A stretch of 64,000 nt of DNA from Octopus bimaculoides (taxonomy: Eukaryota). The stretch spans positions 42,105,249-42,169,248 of the forward strand of contig NC_068993.1 of the NCBI RefSeq assembly GCF_001194135.2, in the 5' to 3' direction. A program made the translations under genes and the position numbers. The notes under the pieces are model-generated. The model did no database searches, was not told where the DNA came from, and worked only from the letters and a program-made list of their open reading frames with translations. This document shows, piece after piece, positions 1 through 12,645 of the stretch (within the stretch, counting starts at the first letter, position 1; every line of letters starts with the position of its first letter).

Positions 1-129
1 GGCAACACCAACGCCCTTCCAATGTTTAGCCAGAGAATATCTGAAATATACTCTACTGCTCTCACAAACAAGAATACTAAAAATGAACCTGATCGCTCTC
101 AAAAATTATTTTAAAAAACCTGAAAAAAT

Positions 130-240
130 AATCCAGGACCTTTGTTCGGTAACGGATCGATGCCAAAACCTAATCAGTTCGTGCCAGTCACGAGGCCAAA
201 CATCCCTGACAGTTTCATCCGAATCCAAGTAGACACATAT
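130..240 (-). mobile_element. possible end of a non-autonomous Helitron-like repeat
   Basis: AGTTTCATCCGAATCC subterminal motif resembles CTCATCAAAATCGA near the end of the 13381-14215 element; the other terminus is not in the window. Confidence 0.3.
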
Positions 241-295
241 ATATTCGTCCTATAGATGCCATTGAGAAAGTGTATTCCTTAGTGTGTCTAATGTT

Positions 296-360
296 TTCAC
301 CGGCTATTTAAATGACTTCACTGCCTATTTAAACAATGATTTCACCGCCTATTTAAACAA
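296..360 (+). repeat. short tandem repeat, 3 copies of a ~21-24 bp unit
   Basis: TTCACCGGCTATTTAAA / TTCACTGCCTATTTAAA / TTCACCGCCTATTTAAA. Confidence 0.7.
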
Positions 361-1104
361 CCTTTACTTTTGTATATTATTATTCTCATGATGTTTGAGA
401 GTTGAATACGCTAATTTAAATGTTCATACCTGAAGTTCGTCTTTTACGTGTGAATAGTCAACTTGGCATGACCTAATCAGCCGCAAACTTTTTACCTTTA
501 CCTACATACCTGTATGGGTCTTGTTTTCAAGAGAACGGACTTGTGCACACACTTATCCAACAGGTATTGTACATGAAGAATATATTTGCTAGATTCTGCA
601 TAAAATATGGGCAAATTATACATTATTGGCCTGGCTGTTTTATGACGAACAGTATCTCATAAGGTTATATCTCTGAAAGATACTTGCCAATTACTCCACC
701 AAAAAGGAATCCCAACTTTAAAAATGTTTCTTTCCGGCTGATTAGGACATGTTGTTATTGTTCTTGTCTAACTCCAGATCAACCCTAACTCCCTAAATCA
801 ATCCAGGCGAAGAGTTGACCGTACAACTAGGGGTAAACCACTCCTCTGTTGCCACAGCTATACCTTAACACCACATGCATGTATCGATACACGACAAGAG
901 AAATGATTCATATAAGTCGCAGTGTGACAGTCTGAAAATGCTATATTATCTCCCCTTTTTACTGTTTTCTCACTGTTAGTGGGTGTCTTTATATTTCGTT
1001 TGTTCTGTCTCCTAGTGAGTTTATAGTGAAAAGACGTATATTAATTTAACAGAAGTTGACTTTAACTGAGATGAACGAAACAAAAACATAAATAAATAAT
1101 AACA

Positions 1105-1310
1105 ATGGTTTCGAATTTTTGCACAACGGTAACAGATTCAGCGGGGGAAGTAAGTTAATTACATTGACCCCGGTAATTGTCTGGTTCTTATTTTATCGAC
1201 CCTGAATGGATAAAGGCCAAATTTAACCCCTATGGAAGTTGACCTTAGAACGTAAAGGGCCGGAACAAACGCTGCTAAGAATTTTGTCCATATGCTTATG
1301 ATTCTGCCAG
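1105..1310 (-). mobile_element. tRNA-derived SINE, family A (diverged)
   Basis: reverse complement aligns with the 34921-35138 copy (ATCGACCC..GGATAAAGG..ATTCTGCCAG). Confidence 0.75.
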
Positions 1311-1394
1311 AAAAATGAAATATTGAGGAGGACTTATCTACAGTTTCCTTGCATCAAGTTATAACGGATTCAAAATGTGTCACAAACCCAACAC

Positions 1395-1578
1395 TTTTGC
1401 TGAAGTGGGGCTAATCGATTACCTCGATTCCATTGCTCAACTGGTACGTGTTTAATCGACCGCGAAAGGATGAAAGGTAAAGTCGACGTCGGTATAACTT
1501 GAACTCAGAATGTAAGGAAGGCCTAAATGCCGCTAAGCGTTCTGACTGGCTTGCTAACAATTCTGCCAGCTCGCCGCG
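1395..1578 (-). mobile_element. SINE family A
   Basis: CAACTGGTAC..ATCGACCGCGAAAGGATGAAAGGTAAAGTCGAC..TTGAACTCAGAA..TTCTGCCAGCTCGCCGC. Confidence 0.85.
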
Positions 1579-2239
1579 GACTTGAGTCACATTATACTAA
1601 GTGTTGTACTCGATGTGCTACCTTTCGCTCAAATCATACCACAGCCCAACAACAGTCACCAGGTAATCCCTTGACCATAACATGAAGATGATTATCTTCA
1701 ATTTTACGCCAGTGTGTTAAACGATATTACGTACATTATACTGAGATCAAAAGTCCAAGCAATTTAATGTTATGAAGCCAGACTATCATTGACAATATTT
1801 AAATATTTAAAATAAAATTAAATAAAAGCTTGGTAGAATCTCTCACTACACCAATTGAGTTATTGAAATTTCTAACGGTAAATTGACCTATATCTTTTAG
1901 CTTTATGAGCGTGGATGATCATTAATATAATGAGAAAGAAATATTGTACAATGTATTAATTAATTCTGTTTATGAGCGTAGATATTTAAATGTAATTATG
2001 CATAATGCTCACACATAAACATTAATCAAATACTCGAGTCTTGCTTTGGTATTTTATTTGGTTTCTTCTGTATTATCCATATGTTTTTGATTGTCCATCC
2101 GTGTGTGTGTGTATGTATGCATACATACACACACAATAAGCGAACATACATACATAGATACATACATATGTGTGTGGGTGTTTATAATATTCATACACAC
2201 ACGTTTACACATTAAAGCCCATTACTGATTCTCACATTT

Positions 2240-2279
<40 letters not shown>

Positions 2280-2577
2280 NNNNNNNNNNNNNNNNNNNNN
2301 NNNNNNNNNNNNNNNNNNNNNNNNNNNNNNNNNNNNNNNNNNNNNNNNNNNNNNNNNNNNNNNNNNNNNNNNNNNNNNNNNNNNNNNNNNNNNNNNNNNN
2401 NNNNNNNNNNNNNNNNNNNNNNNNNNNNNNNNNNNNNNNNNNNNNNNNNNNNNNNNNNNNNNNNNNNNNNNNNNNNNNNNNNNNNNNNNNNNNNNNNNNN
2501 NNNNNNNNNNNNNNNNNNNNNNNNNNNNNNNNNNNNNNNNNNNNNNNNNNNNNNNNNNNNNNNNNNNNNNNNNNNNN
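2280..2577. other. assembly gap. Other gaps: 5229-5708, 18819-18999, 24141-24206, 25117-25431, 26011-26436, 27463-28174, 29060-29133, 36450-36570, 38439-38587, 40329-40453, 52758-52767, 54702-55652, 60003-60012, 62533-62588
   Basis: runs of N, mostly flanked by (TA)n/(TG)n. Confidence 0.99.
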
Positions 2578-2618
<41 letters not shown>

Positions 2619-3189
2619 GAGAGAGAGAGAGATAGATAGATAGATATAAATATTCCTATATATAAAAACTGAGGCACACGCACTCATACACACTTGCATG
2701 CACATATATACTTATACATGTATTATTTATAGGTTTAAGAATATGTGTCTGTATCTGTTTATACATGAATTGACATACTGATATACTATGACAACTGTAT
2801 TTTAATATATCTCATTAAATCAGCTGTATGTATTATATACGTTGTATTGTTATACGCATTATACGTATGGTATTCATTATATACACTGTACCACCAACAT
2901 TACATTCATTCTGTCTACTCTATTATATCTATTGTGTCATGAGGAAATTCAATGTATCAAAATGGAGATTTACATAATAGTACACTGCGATGGTACATTA
3001 ATTTATGTTTCTAACGCTTAGTCGCGTGGAGTAGTGGAAGCCATCGTGATACTACTTTTTGAAGGCCTTAGAGGTTGATGGGAGGCAGTGTGTGAACTAT
3101 TAGAAAATTTGAAACCCGGGGTAAATGTTTTGCAGCAGACCGCTAATGGCATCTGAGGATTATGTTATATCATTAATCTCGATATTAAG

Positions 3190-3312
3190 TTTAACATCCC
3201 CTGTCTCTGAACGGTACCGATCTTTGAACAAGTGGTGTCTTCTGTTATAACCACGGGCTGATCATTGCTTTGTGAATGAATCTGATGAATGGAAACTGCG
3301 TTCTGTGAAAGC
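3190..3312 (+). mobile_element. SINE family B, 5' half (diverged)
   Basis: GTGGTGTCTTCTGTTATAACCACGGGCTGATCATTGCTTTGTGAATGAATCTGATGAATGGAAACTG matches 13270-13355. Confidence 0.65.
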
Positions 3313-3779
3313 CCGCCATACATATGTGCATATGTGCTTATGTGTATATGTGTGTGAGTGCGCACGCGCGCGTTGGTGTGCGTGTGTGGGTTTCTAAAAT
3401 GGAAAGGGAGATTTGAAGGATTACTTTGGCACAATGGTAAAACACCAATCATGTCTAGAAAATATGCAGGTTCAAATCCCTGGAAGCCTTCGACTTTTAT
3501 TTTCAACCCTCTATATACATGTAATTATTTCCTCAACACAATGGTTTCACATTCTCTCGAAAGCTTACAAGGTTCTTATGACGCCAACAATATATATGCA
3601 TGTATTATAGTAGGCACACGAAGCAGCATGTTGTGAAGGAAAGAAACTTTTAGATCTATTCAAATACACCCGGTATATATTTCAACTGTAAAATGCCATT
3701 TTTAGTGCGGTTTGACGTGGAGAAAAAAAACTCTTGCTTTTGATAATTCCTGATGAAATACCAACAGTCATTTCGAAGA

Positions 3780-4975
3780 CCGCATTTAGACTCAAAAGAT
3801 ATTACAGCGGAATAAAGAAAATTTGGACCTCAGAATTTTCTGCATTCAATAAAACAGGGGCCCATAATGTGTTTGCAGTGCTAGTACTCATCCGAGCCAT
3901 TGATGTGAAAACCCAAAAAATACTAGCAAGCACACGTAATTTCCACATAAACAGTGACGTAGACCGCCTCTACCTAAAACGAAAAGGTGCCAGAGGCTGA
4001 ACATCGATCCAAAATGCCTTTGAATGTTGCATCAAATCCCTTCGGTAACATCTTTTAGCCACAAGTGTCAAATTGTATCCCTTGACTAAGTTTGTATACA
4101 TGAGACTGATAACAGCATCAGACTTGGAAGGCAGCTTCTTGAGCAACACCCTGAGTCTGATAACGTAGAATTACATGCCCAAAGAAGTTGCACAACTTTA
4201 CCGTAACGTTTCAGCAGATGAAAGGCTGAGCTTATATGAGCAGAAGACTATACATGGATATGTTAGTAGAAAGCTCCGAGATGTTAATAACATCGATCAT
4301 CAAAGCAGTCTATCATGGACCAACAATCGGATTACTAACTCCCACTTTCAATGGTATGCGTTTGCAATCCAGGAACTGGAAATATCAACCAAATACCTGA
4401 TGTACAAAAGGGACAGAGATGCAGGAAAAGCCGTAAAATATGACAACCGATACAGACTTCATGGTGTTAACACTGAAGATATCAGTCAGTCATAATGCTG
4501 TCACGGTTTTATGTAGCGATGAGACATGATGTTGTAGCTAAGACGCTCTATAATGAAATCCGTCGGAAGGACAAATAAATTAGAACCCACAGTATTGAGG
4601 GAGCCATAACCACTCATAATAAAGAGTACTGACAGAATATCTAAGTGAAGACATCAATAAAATATATGCACAACAGACCTGATATAATGATTTGGGATAG
4701 AGAAGAGAAACTGTGTACTGTTGTGGAAATTAGCTACCCAACGGAATGTTAACATAAAGCTGAAGATCAGTGAAAAGAGAGAACACCTATGCTGAACTCT
4801 TGAGAAATCTGCTCTTACTTTATCCAGATTACAAGTTTAGATTTATATTTGTAATCATTGGGGCCTTGGGATATGTAACACACTGCCTAAATACCAATCT
4901 TGAAAAATTAGGCTTCTGAAAACCAGAGAGGAGAAAACGAATTCGAAGACTACACATCCGATCCATCCCTAAAAT
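3780..4975 (+). mobile_element. decayed 3' part of an RLE-type non-LTR retrotransposon (R4/Dong-like)
   Basis: translations across frameshifts: IDVKTQKIL..FHINSDVDRLYLKRKG (after RT), YAFAIQELEISTKY, eroded CCHC region and RHDVVAKTLYNEI, NRPDIMIWDREEKLCTVVEISYP (PD-(D/E)xK), FVIIGALGYV. Confidence 0.85.
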
Positions 4976-5129
4976 TGTAGCGCATTCATCCTACTTTTTG
5001 GACTGCCATGTTGGCTTGGCGATAACTATTAATTTCCAGTATCGCTGCCGTAGTCTTCTTTGGAGAGACTTAGAAATATTAATATTTCTATTTTTGAAAA
5101 CCAGTCGATGTATTCCAATGAATTTAGGT

Positions 5130-6050
5130 AAATAATCCTTCGTACTGACGGTCAGTAGCGACACCTGCTGGATTCGGCTACTCTACATTGATAAGGGGCA
5201 ACACACTGAAACTAGTCTGTAGATGCCANNNNNNNNNNNNNNNNNNNNNNNNNNNNNNNNNNNNNNNNNNNNNNNNNNNNNNNNNNNNNNNNNNNNNNNN
5301 NNNNNNNNNNNNNNNNNNNNNNNNNNNNNNNNNNNNNNNNNNNNNNNNNNNNNNNNNNNNNNNNNNNNNNNNNNNNNNNNNNNNNNNNNNNNNNNNNNNN
5401 NNNNNNNNNNNNNNNNNNNNNNNNNNNNNNNNNNNNNNNNNNNNNNNNNNNNNNNNNNNNNNNNNNNNNNNNNNNNNNNNNNNNNNNNNNNNNNNNNNNN
5501 NNNNNNNNNNNNNNNNNNNNNNNNNNNNNNNNNNNNNNNNNNNNNNNNNNNNNNNNNNNNNNNNNNNNNNNNNNNNNNNNNNNNNNNNNNNNNNNNNNNN
5601 NNNNNNNNNNNNNNNNNNNNNNNNNNNNNNNNNNNNNNNNNNNNNNNNNNNNNNNNNNNNNNNNNNNNNNNNNNNNNNNNNNNNNNNNNNNNNNNNNNNN
5701 NNNNNNNNAAATGGAGTTATTCATATTCTTTTACTTCCGACACATGTTTCGAAGATATCATTGTTATTATTCCAAAAGAATAAAATGGTGTAAAACAATG
5801 TGATCTTCTCTATATGGAAATGAAGAAATGAAACTCGACAATGAGACATTTTAACAGAATATGATGGATATGTATAGTGATTAGCTGAACGCTATTAAGT
5901 TTCATTAAAAAAAAAAACTAAACGGATATAACGTCAAATGTAGGCTATAGAAAGAGGAGGGGTAAAGGAAATAATACCAGTGATATCTTCGAAACATGTA
6001 TCGGAAGTAAAAGAATTTGAATAACACCTGCGTTTAACACCATTTATTTG
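5130..6050. mobile_element. Penelope-like terminal-repeat relic spanning a gap
   Basis: hammerhead-like motif at 5182-5223, hairpin TACTGAC-G-GTCAGTA, and a ~60 bp inverted repeat carrying TTCGAAACATGT (5713-5773 / 5967-6028). Confidence 0.5.
5182..5223 (+). ncRNA. degenerate minimal type I hammerhead ribozyme motif
   Basis: TCTACA-TTGATAA-GGGGCAACACACT-GAAA-CTAG-TC-TGTAGA: 6 bp helix I, palindromic helix III (ACTAGT), GUC site; two transitions from the CUGAUGA core. Confidence 0.5.
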
Positions 6051-6099
6051 TTTATATATATTATACAAAATCTGCGATGATTTCAAGTAGTCTCGCGAC

Positions 6100-6290
6100 A
6101 AATTCTTTCTGATTTTGGCACTAGTCCAGCCAGTTTCTGGAAAGAAGATGCAAGTTTGTTACATTGGCCCAGACGCTGAACTTGATATATAATCGACGAT
6201 GAAAGGATGAGAAGTAAACTTGACTTTGGCGGGAATTCAGAAGAAATCCCGTTTAAGGAGATATGGTCCAGAGTGCCCACGCAGGTTTAA
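6100..6290 (-). mobile_element. SINE family A (diverged)
   Basis: ATCGACGATGAAAGGATGAGAAGTAAACTTGACTTTGGCGGGAATT. Confidence 0.65.
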
Positions 6291-6676
6291 CAGCAGTTTT
6301 ACCTTTTCTGATGGGCGGTATTTTACGATATATCGAGTAGTTATTTGGCGGGTTGTTTCACTATTGTTGCACGCAAATATTCTTCAAACAAAAAATTGAT
6401 GTGTAATGGCATAAACATGTATAAACATAACGTAATAATGTTTTTCTCCGAACTACCACTGTGTATCTGCGTCCCATTATATTATGAACGCCCACTGCAG
6501 AGGATGCTCATAGCCACAAATGCGAAACAAGAGTAGGGAACAAATGGTATAAACTGCATCTTGTGTTTATCACAATTTTCCTATATTTTGTCTGTACATC
6601 GTAACAGGTAATATCGATAAGTACAAGCCTCAGTGATACTGTTCTACTTGCAGTTCCAAACTCTCCAGCATTAGTA

Positions 6677-6715
<39 letters not shown>

Positions 6716-7415
6716 TGTATGTGTGTATGTATATATGTATTTATGTATGTGTGTATCTATGTATGTATATGCGTGGGTAGGTGACTATATATGTATATAC
6801 ATACATTCATACGTGTAAACAGACACACACACAAATACACACATACACACATACACATACACACACACATATATAACTGAAGCATTGTGGAATTTATATT
6901 TGGCTAATGTAGGGCAAGAAAACGTAACAATGCGATTGTAAAGATCAAAAGACCGAAATGTTTTCTTAATCCTTAACATGATCAAACACATGATAATCAT
7001 AAAAGAAACGAGAAATTTCCGCTTGTATGAAAGTAAAAAATCGGTTGACCGAATACACATATAGACATTTTCAGCAAAAAATGCAGGATACGTTACTCAA
7101 GTGCTTAGAGAGTCATGCTAAAACACTTGTGAAGCAGTTTCGCTACGAAACACAAGGCTATAACATAAGCTTATAAAAGGTTACGTATACTTTACATACT
7201 TAACTTTGTTTCTTCTATATAAACATATGTATACATACAGGTGAGTGGACACACGAAAGAAAGAGGCACTCAACACGTTTAGTATGCGTTTCTTATATTA
7301 TTTAATAGTAGTTTGATTTGTCTCCGTGAAATTTAAAGTTTCGTAAGCTTCTCATAGAAATCTAACTCATCTGTCTTAGCCAAATATATTCATATACACA
7401 TACATTAATGTCATA

Positions 7416-7635
7416 TTGAGGGGCTGCTGAAAAATTCCTGGCTTTAAAGTTTGGGACGAAAGGCCAGGCTGGAGGGCCCAAACTTTCGAGTTCTTTTACA
7501 AGGCTTAGTCACAATGAAGATATGTTGTAATAAGTGTATAAATCTGACAGAGGAATAGGTTGAATAAAATCACAATTAACTGATCTTCTTGTATTGTCTT
7601 TTACCCAAAGCCAGGAACTTTTCAGCTCCCCTTCA
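7416..7635. mobile_element. Tc1/mariner-type MITE (~220 bp)
   Basis: ~30 bp TIRs TGAGGGGCTGCTGAAAAATTCCTGGCTTT / AAAGCCAGGAACTTTTCAGCTCCCCTTCA with TA on both flanks, no ORF. Confidence 0.85.
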
Positions 7636-8299
7636 TATCTCCTTTCCTCGTATCAAATCAGACATCATTACCATTGGTAATCATGATACATCCTCTCGAG
7701 GCAGAGATAATTTTAATAAATCTAGAACTTCTGTTTTAATGTATTCGGTATATTTATATTTGTTTATGTTGTTCAAATACATGCCTCGAGCCACTCCGAG
7801 TTATTTCTCTATGCTCATATTATGCTAATTATGCAAATTATCTAAGCCATAAATGGATTCAGCTGTTTTTGTGTAAGTCTAAGCCCCTTGGCCACAAAGG
7901 CAAGGTTGTGGGTTTGTCATCCGATGTCTTTTTAAACAGACATCTTTGTACAAGGGTGTCCATTTATGTCTAGACAATAAGCCAATCCTTTTCCTTCATA
8001 ATACGTCAACTTGGGAGAATTCTTTGTATTTGAGATTAGCTCCAACGCTCTTATGGGAGTGTTTATTAACATTTGATAATTATGACACAGCCTCTAGAGT
8101 TAGTTGTAATAATTCAAGAATTTATGTTGTATACTATTTTATAAAATTATGGTGTCTATGTTCAAAAATATGCACATGGCGATTCGAATTATTTCTCTGA
8201 GTTTAGTTTTTCTGCATATATACACATAGGTACACACATACACGCACACACACATACACACATGCACATATATATATACGCGCGCACACACACACATAC

Positions 8300-8330
<31 letters not shown>

Positions 8331-10229
8331 AAGAGAGAGAGGTGGGGAGAGACAGACAGAGACAGGCAGACAGACAGTGAGGGAGGGCGAGAAGGGATGG
8401 GACTGAGACAGAGAGAAAATACAAAAGAACGAAATATCATAATATAGAATTTCTATATGAAGATAGCTAGATATGTATTAGCGGAACACTTTTGGTTTCG
8501 CAAATGTTATAGTACTTCATTAAGCAGATTCTAAAAGAAGGATGACTTGAATGTGGATTTATCTGGATTAAATATACATATAACATAAAATAACGCGATA
8601 TCTGTATTCAGTCAAACTTCATAAAATCCTAAATCAACTGCATCTATATTTTGACTGCAACGCCAAAGCTCTTTGTCATATTCAGCCATGACTTTATTTA
8701 AAGCTATCAATATATGTTTTTTTTGTTTTTTTTTTCATCAAGAGATGCCTCCCAAAGAAGATATCTACCGTAAATGAGTGAAGCCCTCGCGATTAAAAAT
8801 TAGAATTTTCTCCAACAGAATATGAAAGGGTAGAAATAGATCATATATAAACACATATAACATAACACTTTAATGCGTTATAATGAGCAAACTAAGTGAA
8901 TGAACATACATTTCCGGGTATAAACATATCGAAATATAATAAACTTATTTCTGGAAAGTGTCTGATTTTGCATAAGTCACAACCAAAATCTTTATTAGCC
9001 GAAATTTTACTGAAACCAACTTGGATTTATGTGGATTCAATACACTCGCCACAGTAAAGTCACGGAGCTTCAACATTCAGCGGGAAATAGATTCGATATT
9101 ACAACATTATAAACCCAGTCCTCGTTTATCGTAAACGACAATGTCATATGTTGAAACGGTTTGGTTATTTTGTTGCTTTTTACGCATCCGTACTAATGAG
9201 TCATTTTTACGTCAGTCTCATTTGTGAAAAACTGAATATTTCTTATTTTCTTTCAGTCTTGATACCATATTAATCTTATCTGAAATCTTATGGAATTTTT
9301 CTTAAAATATATGTTGCAATACACAAGATAAGTGTGTTTCTAATTCATTGAAATTGTTATTTTCTGTTAGGTTAGCTATACAATAAATAAATCCGAAACA
9401 TTTTAATGCAATTATGCTTTGGAAACATTTACAACTATCAATGATTACACGGCAAACTTTTAATACTAACACATTTTCAGTCCTGTTCTTTATTGTAGAA
9501 CAATGTAAATAATGTAAATAACGTACTGTTTCAGTAGTAAGAACTGTCTTGTATTCAAACTTACAGTAAATCGCAGCCAAATTTCATTTAGATTCGGTTA
9601 CATTGGTACACAAGCAATAACATTTCTTCTTTAAAATATATTACAACAAAAGAACATTGAATACAGTCATGTGCTCAAGTATCAAATATGGAAAGAGCTG
9701 GAATAATGTGATTCACGACAAGATTAGTTACAAAATAAGGCAGACATCCCAGTGATATATTCATATATAAACAAACACAAAATGCGCAATACCTATATAA
9801 GATATCTAAAGTCATAAAATCTATATAACAAGGAACGGCAGAGATGCTGCATATATCTCCTGCATTGCAAAACAAATCGTCAAAGATGTTCGTTCAAGTG
9901 TCAGAGAAAACACCTCGTAGTATTTATTCTGACTCGCTTTGCTCTGAGCTCAAATCTTATAGTGATAAACTTACCCTTTTGTCTGTTCGGGATCAGTAAA
10001 CAAATTACAGATCCAGTGCGAGGTATGACGGCTCTGTAAGAATGTCGGGCCGGATGTGTTGCTGTATTTTATTCCTTGTTGTTTGTTCTCTGAATTCATA
10101 ACCATCCAGAGCCTACATGTCTGGTACGCTTAATCCATTAATTGGCTTAACGTCTCCCCGAGACATCTTGGGGGAGCATTCAGCTGAGACCCTTCTGTTG
10201 CAAGCATTTGGGCGAGGACTCCTTTTTGA

Positions 10230-10350
10230 GGCCTTTCCTATTACATGCAACATGAACAATTTCTTGTAATTTCTCATTTTTTAAAAATCACCTTTTAAAG
10301 TCCAGCCTATTCAGGGTAATTTACCCACACCCTTTCATCAAAGGATATAG
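10230..10350 (-). repeat. unclassified repeat, inverted copy of 11511-11630
   Basis: reverse complement CTATATCCTTTGATGAAAGGGTGTGGGTAAATTACC..AATTACAAGAAATTGTTCATGTTGCA vs CCATATCCTTTGCTGAAAGGGTGTGGGTAAATTATC..AATTACAAGAAATGATTCATGTTGCA. Confidence 0.8.
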
Positions 10351-11044
10351 TCATAGTAGAAGGGAAGTTTCTCTCGTTCCTACCACTATTGGAGGCCCTG
10401 TAAAGAGATAAAGAGTTAAAAGAACTGCTTTAGTCAGATGTAAACTAGTCGAAAGACACCAAGTAAATTACATACGACATAAATATATTACGATATAGTG
10501 CCAACGACAAAAATAATTAAAATAATAATAAATAAATAATCCACAGAATTTTGAAACCCAAAGCTTCACCTTACATGTCATTCCTATGTCAATTATGCGG
10601 GAAACGAACATATAAACATAATAGATCTCTTAAATTCTAAAATATACATAAGAGAAATATATAGATCAACCAACGGAAGAGGCTCCATGAAATATGTCTT
10701 ATCAAGAATCTTACACCTACCTCATTAACAAACCAAATCAACAAACATGCATCTCTCCCTAGGCTAAATACATTTTTTATACAGCTCTTGCTGTTTCATA
10801 CGACAAGCTACTGCGGCTATATAGCAAATATACTTCCAGTTCTTGTGGTCATTCCCTATCATCGCACACACACACATACACACACACTCACACAGACCTA
10901 CACACAAAAATCCACACACATAATCGATCACACACATACACAGATCGACGAACAAACGAAATAACATTTACCAACTTTTTTTTTAAAGAAATGTTTCTTG
11001 TTTTTTGTTAAAAAAGAAAATACTTAATTCAGTACCATCACTTC

Positions 11045-11430
11045 TAACAAGAAACGGAATTAATTTTAAGAAACATCAGCAACACCTCAATCGCCGATAT
11101 AGATACAGCAGTACTTACTTTCAACAAAATAATTATAGATGTTTGGAAAACATATCCCACAAGGCAACATAACAATTACAACCCTATTACACAACTGAGA
11201 CAATCAATAAGATAAAAGTTAATCATGACTTTAAACAAAACATACCAACGCCAGATTCAATAGAAATAACACCCAGCAACAACGAGCTAAATTTGCAAAA
11301 ACCACGTTATAAAAAACAAAACACTACATAGGTAATAAATAAACATACCTAAGAATGCCCGTAACACTTGTTGCAATAACATCTTTAAATATTAAAACGC
11401 ACCAATGGTAAGTAAAAAGAAAATTTTAAA
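11045..11430 (+). mobile_element. possible decayed LINE ORF2 linker region (between endonuclease and RT)
   Basis: frame reads ETELILRNISNTSIADIDTAVLTFNKIIIDVW; A-rich strand bias; many stops. Confidence 0.3.
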
Positions 11431-11510
11431 AGAATACTTTCCAAAAGTGAACCACCAAACAACACATTAGAGAGGATCAGAAATCCCAAAGTAGCTTTCT
11501 TTTATCTTAA

Positions 11511-11630
11511 CCATATCCTTTGCTGAAAGGGTGTGGGTAAATTATCTCAAATAGGTTGAACTTTAAATGACAATTTAAAAAGCAATGATGAATTACAAGA
11601 AATGATTCATGTTGCAAAGTAACGACAAAG
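11511..11630 (+). repeat. unclassified repeat, inverted copy of 10230-10350
   Basis: see 10230-10350. Confidence 0.8.
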
Positions 11631-11759
11631 ATTAAAACTACATAGAGAAAAATGAGAAAAATGTCCACTTAAAATATAACACTGTGCTTAAAATCGAGTC
11701 TAGTAAAATGTTATCTGATGCCAATTATCCTCTACAGAGCATAGACTTAGAGAGTGTAC

Positions 11760-12030
11760 ACAATTATGGAGTAAAAATAGAAGCCTTTGAGATGTGGTTC
11801 GTTTGCATATTGGGAAGAACAAGGTTGAAAGACAAGTTAACAAGTGCTACCCTACTAAAAAAGCTCAAAGTTTAAAGGCACTTTTTGTCTATAATCGAGT
11901 CTACAAAGCTATCGTATTTTGAACATACAATGCGTCACGAGTCATTGCCGAAGATAATTCTGACAGAACTTGTGGAGAGAATAAAGGAATTGTCCATCAA
12001 AAACATTTGATGGAGAACCGCAGAACCTTG
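11760..12030 (+). mobile_element. RTE-clade LINE 3' fragment
   Basis: KIEAFEMWF..RLKDKLTSATLLKKL followed by KLSYFEHTMRHESLPKIIL, matching the RTE ORF C-terminus (IEAFEMW..YFGH..R). Confidence 0.75.
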
Positions 12031-12615
12031 GCGAGTAACCTCTAGACACAGGCAGGGCACTTGATTAATGGTTAAATAGGTAATGTATGCGTCATGAGAG
12101 ACAGTTTTCTCATGGTCCAAATTTTAGTGTATTTAATCATGAAGCGATAAGTTACATTTATTGCCAGACATTCTGTGCTGTTATTTGTGTATATACTTTT
12201 TCAAAAATTTTCTTTTGTAGCACAAATGCGGCATTATTGTATATTTTTAGAATATTACCAGTTGACGCGTTCTTGTTCAAAGCTTATATTTTTCTTCTTC
12301 ATTTTCACATAAGTTCATTGTCACGAGAGTAAAATTATTTTGTACAAAATTTTATATCCAGTGAGGTGTGAACTTTTTAGAGAGTAATATTTTTTTCTGT
12401 TGAAAAACTACTGAATACACACCATTTATACTGTATATATGAAATAATAAATACAAAAAACAAATAATGTAGTACTGATATTACGCTTATGCAAGGTACA
12501 TTCTAAAAAAATATTGTGAATAGTCCATAACATTTTTGATGCCCAGTATGAACTGATTATCAATCGAAAATATATAGCTTACGCTTTAAAAATTGTCTCA
12601 TGTATATATATATAT

Positions 12616-12645
12616 ATGTGTGTGTGTGTCTGTGTGTGTCTGTGT

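Noticed and set aside
296-360. CRISPR-like reading of short direct repeats (also the 23 bp duplication at 54342-54389)
   Set aside because: No spacers, only 2-3 adjacent copies, eukaryotic context, no cas genes
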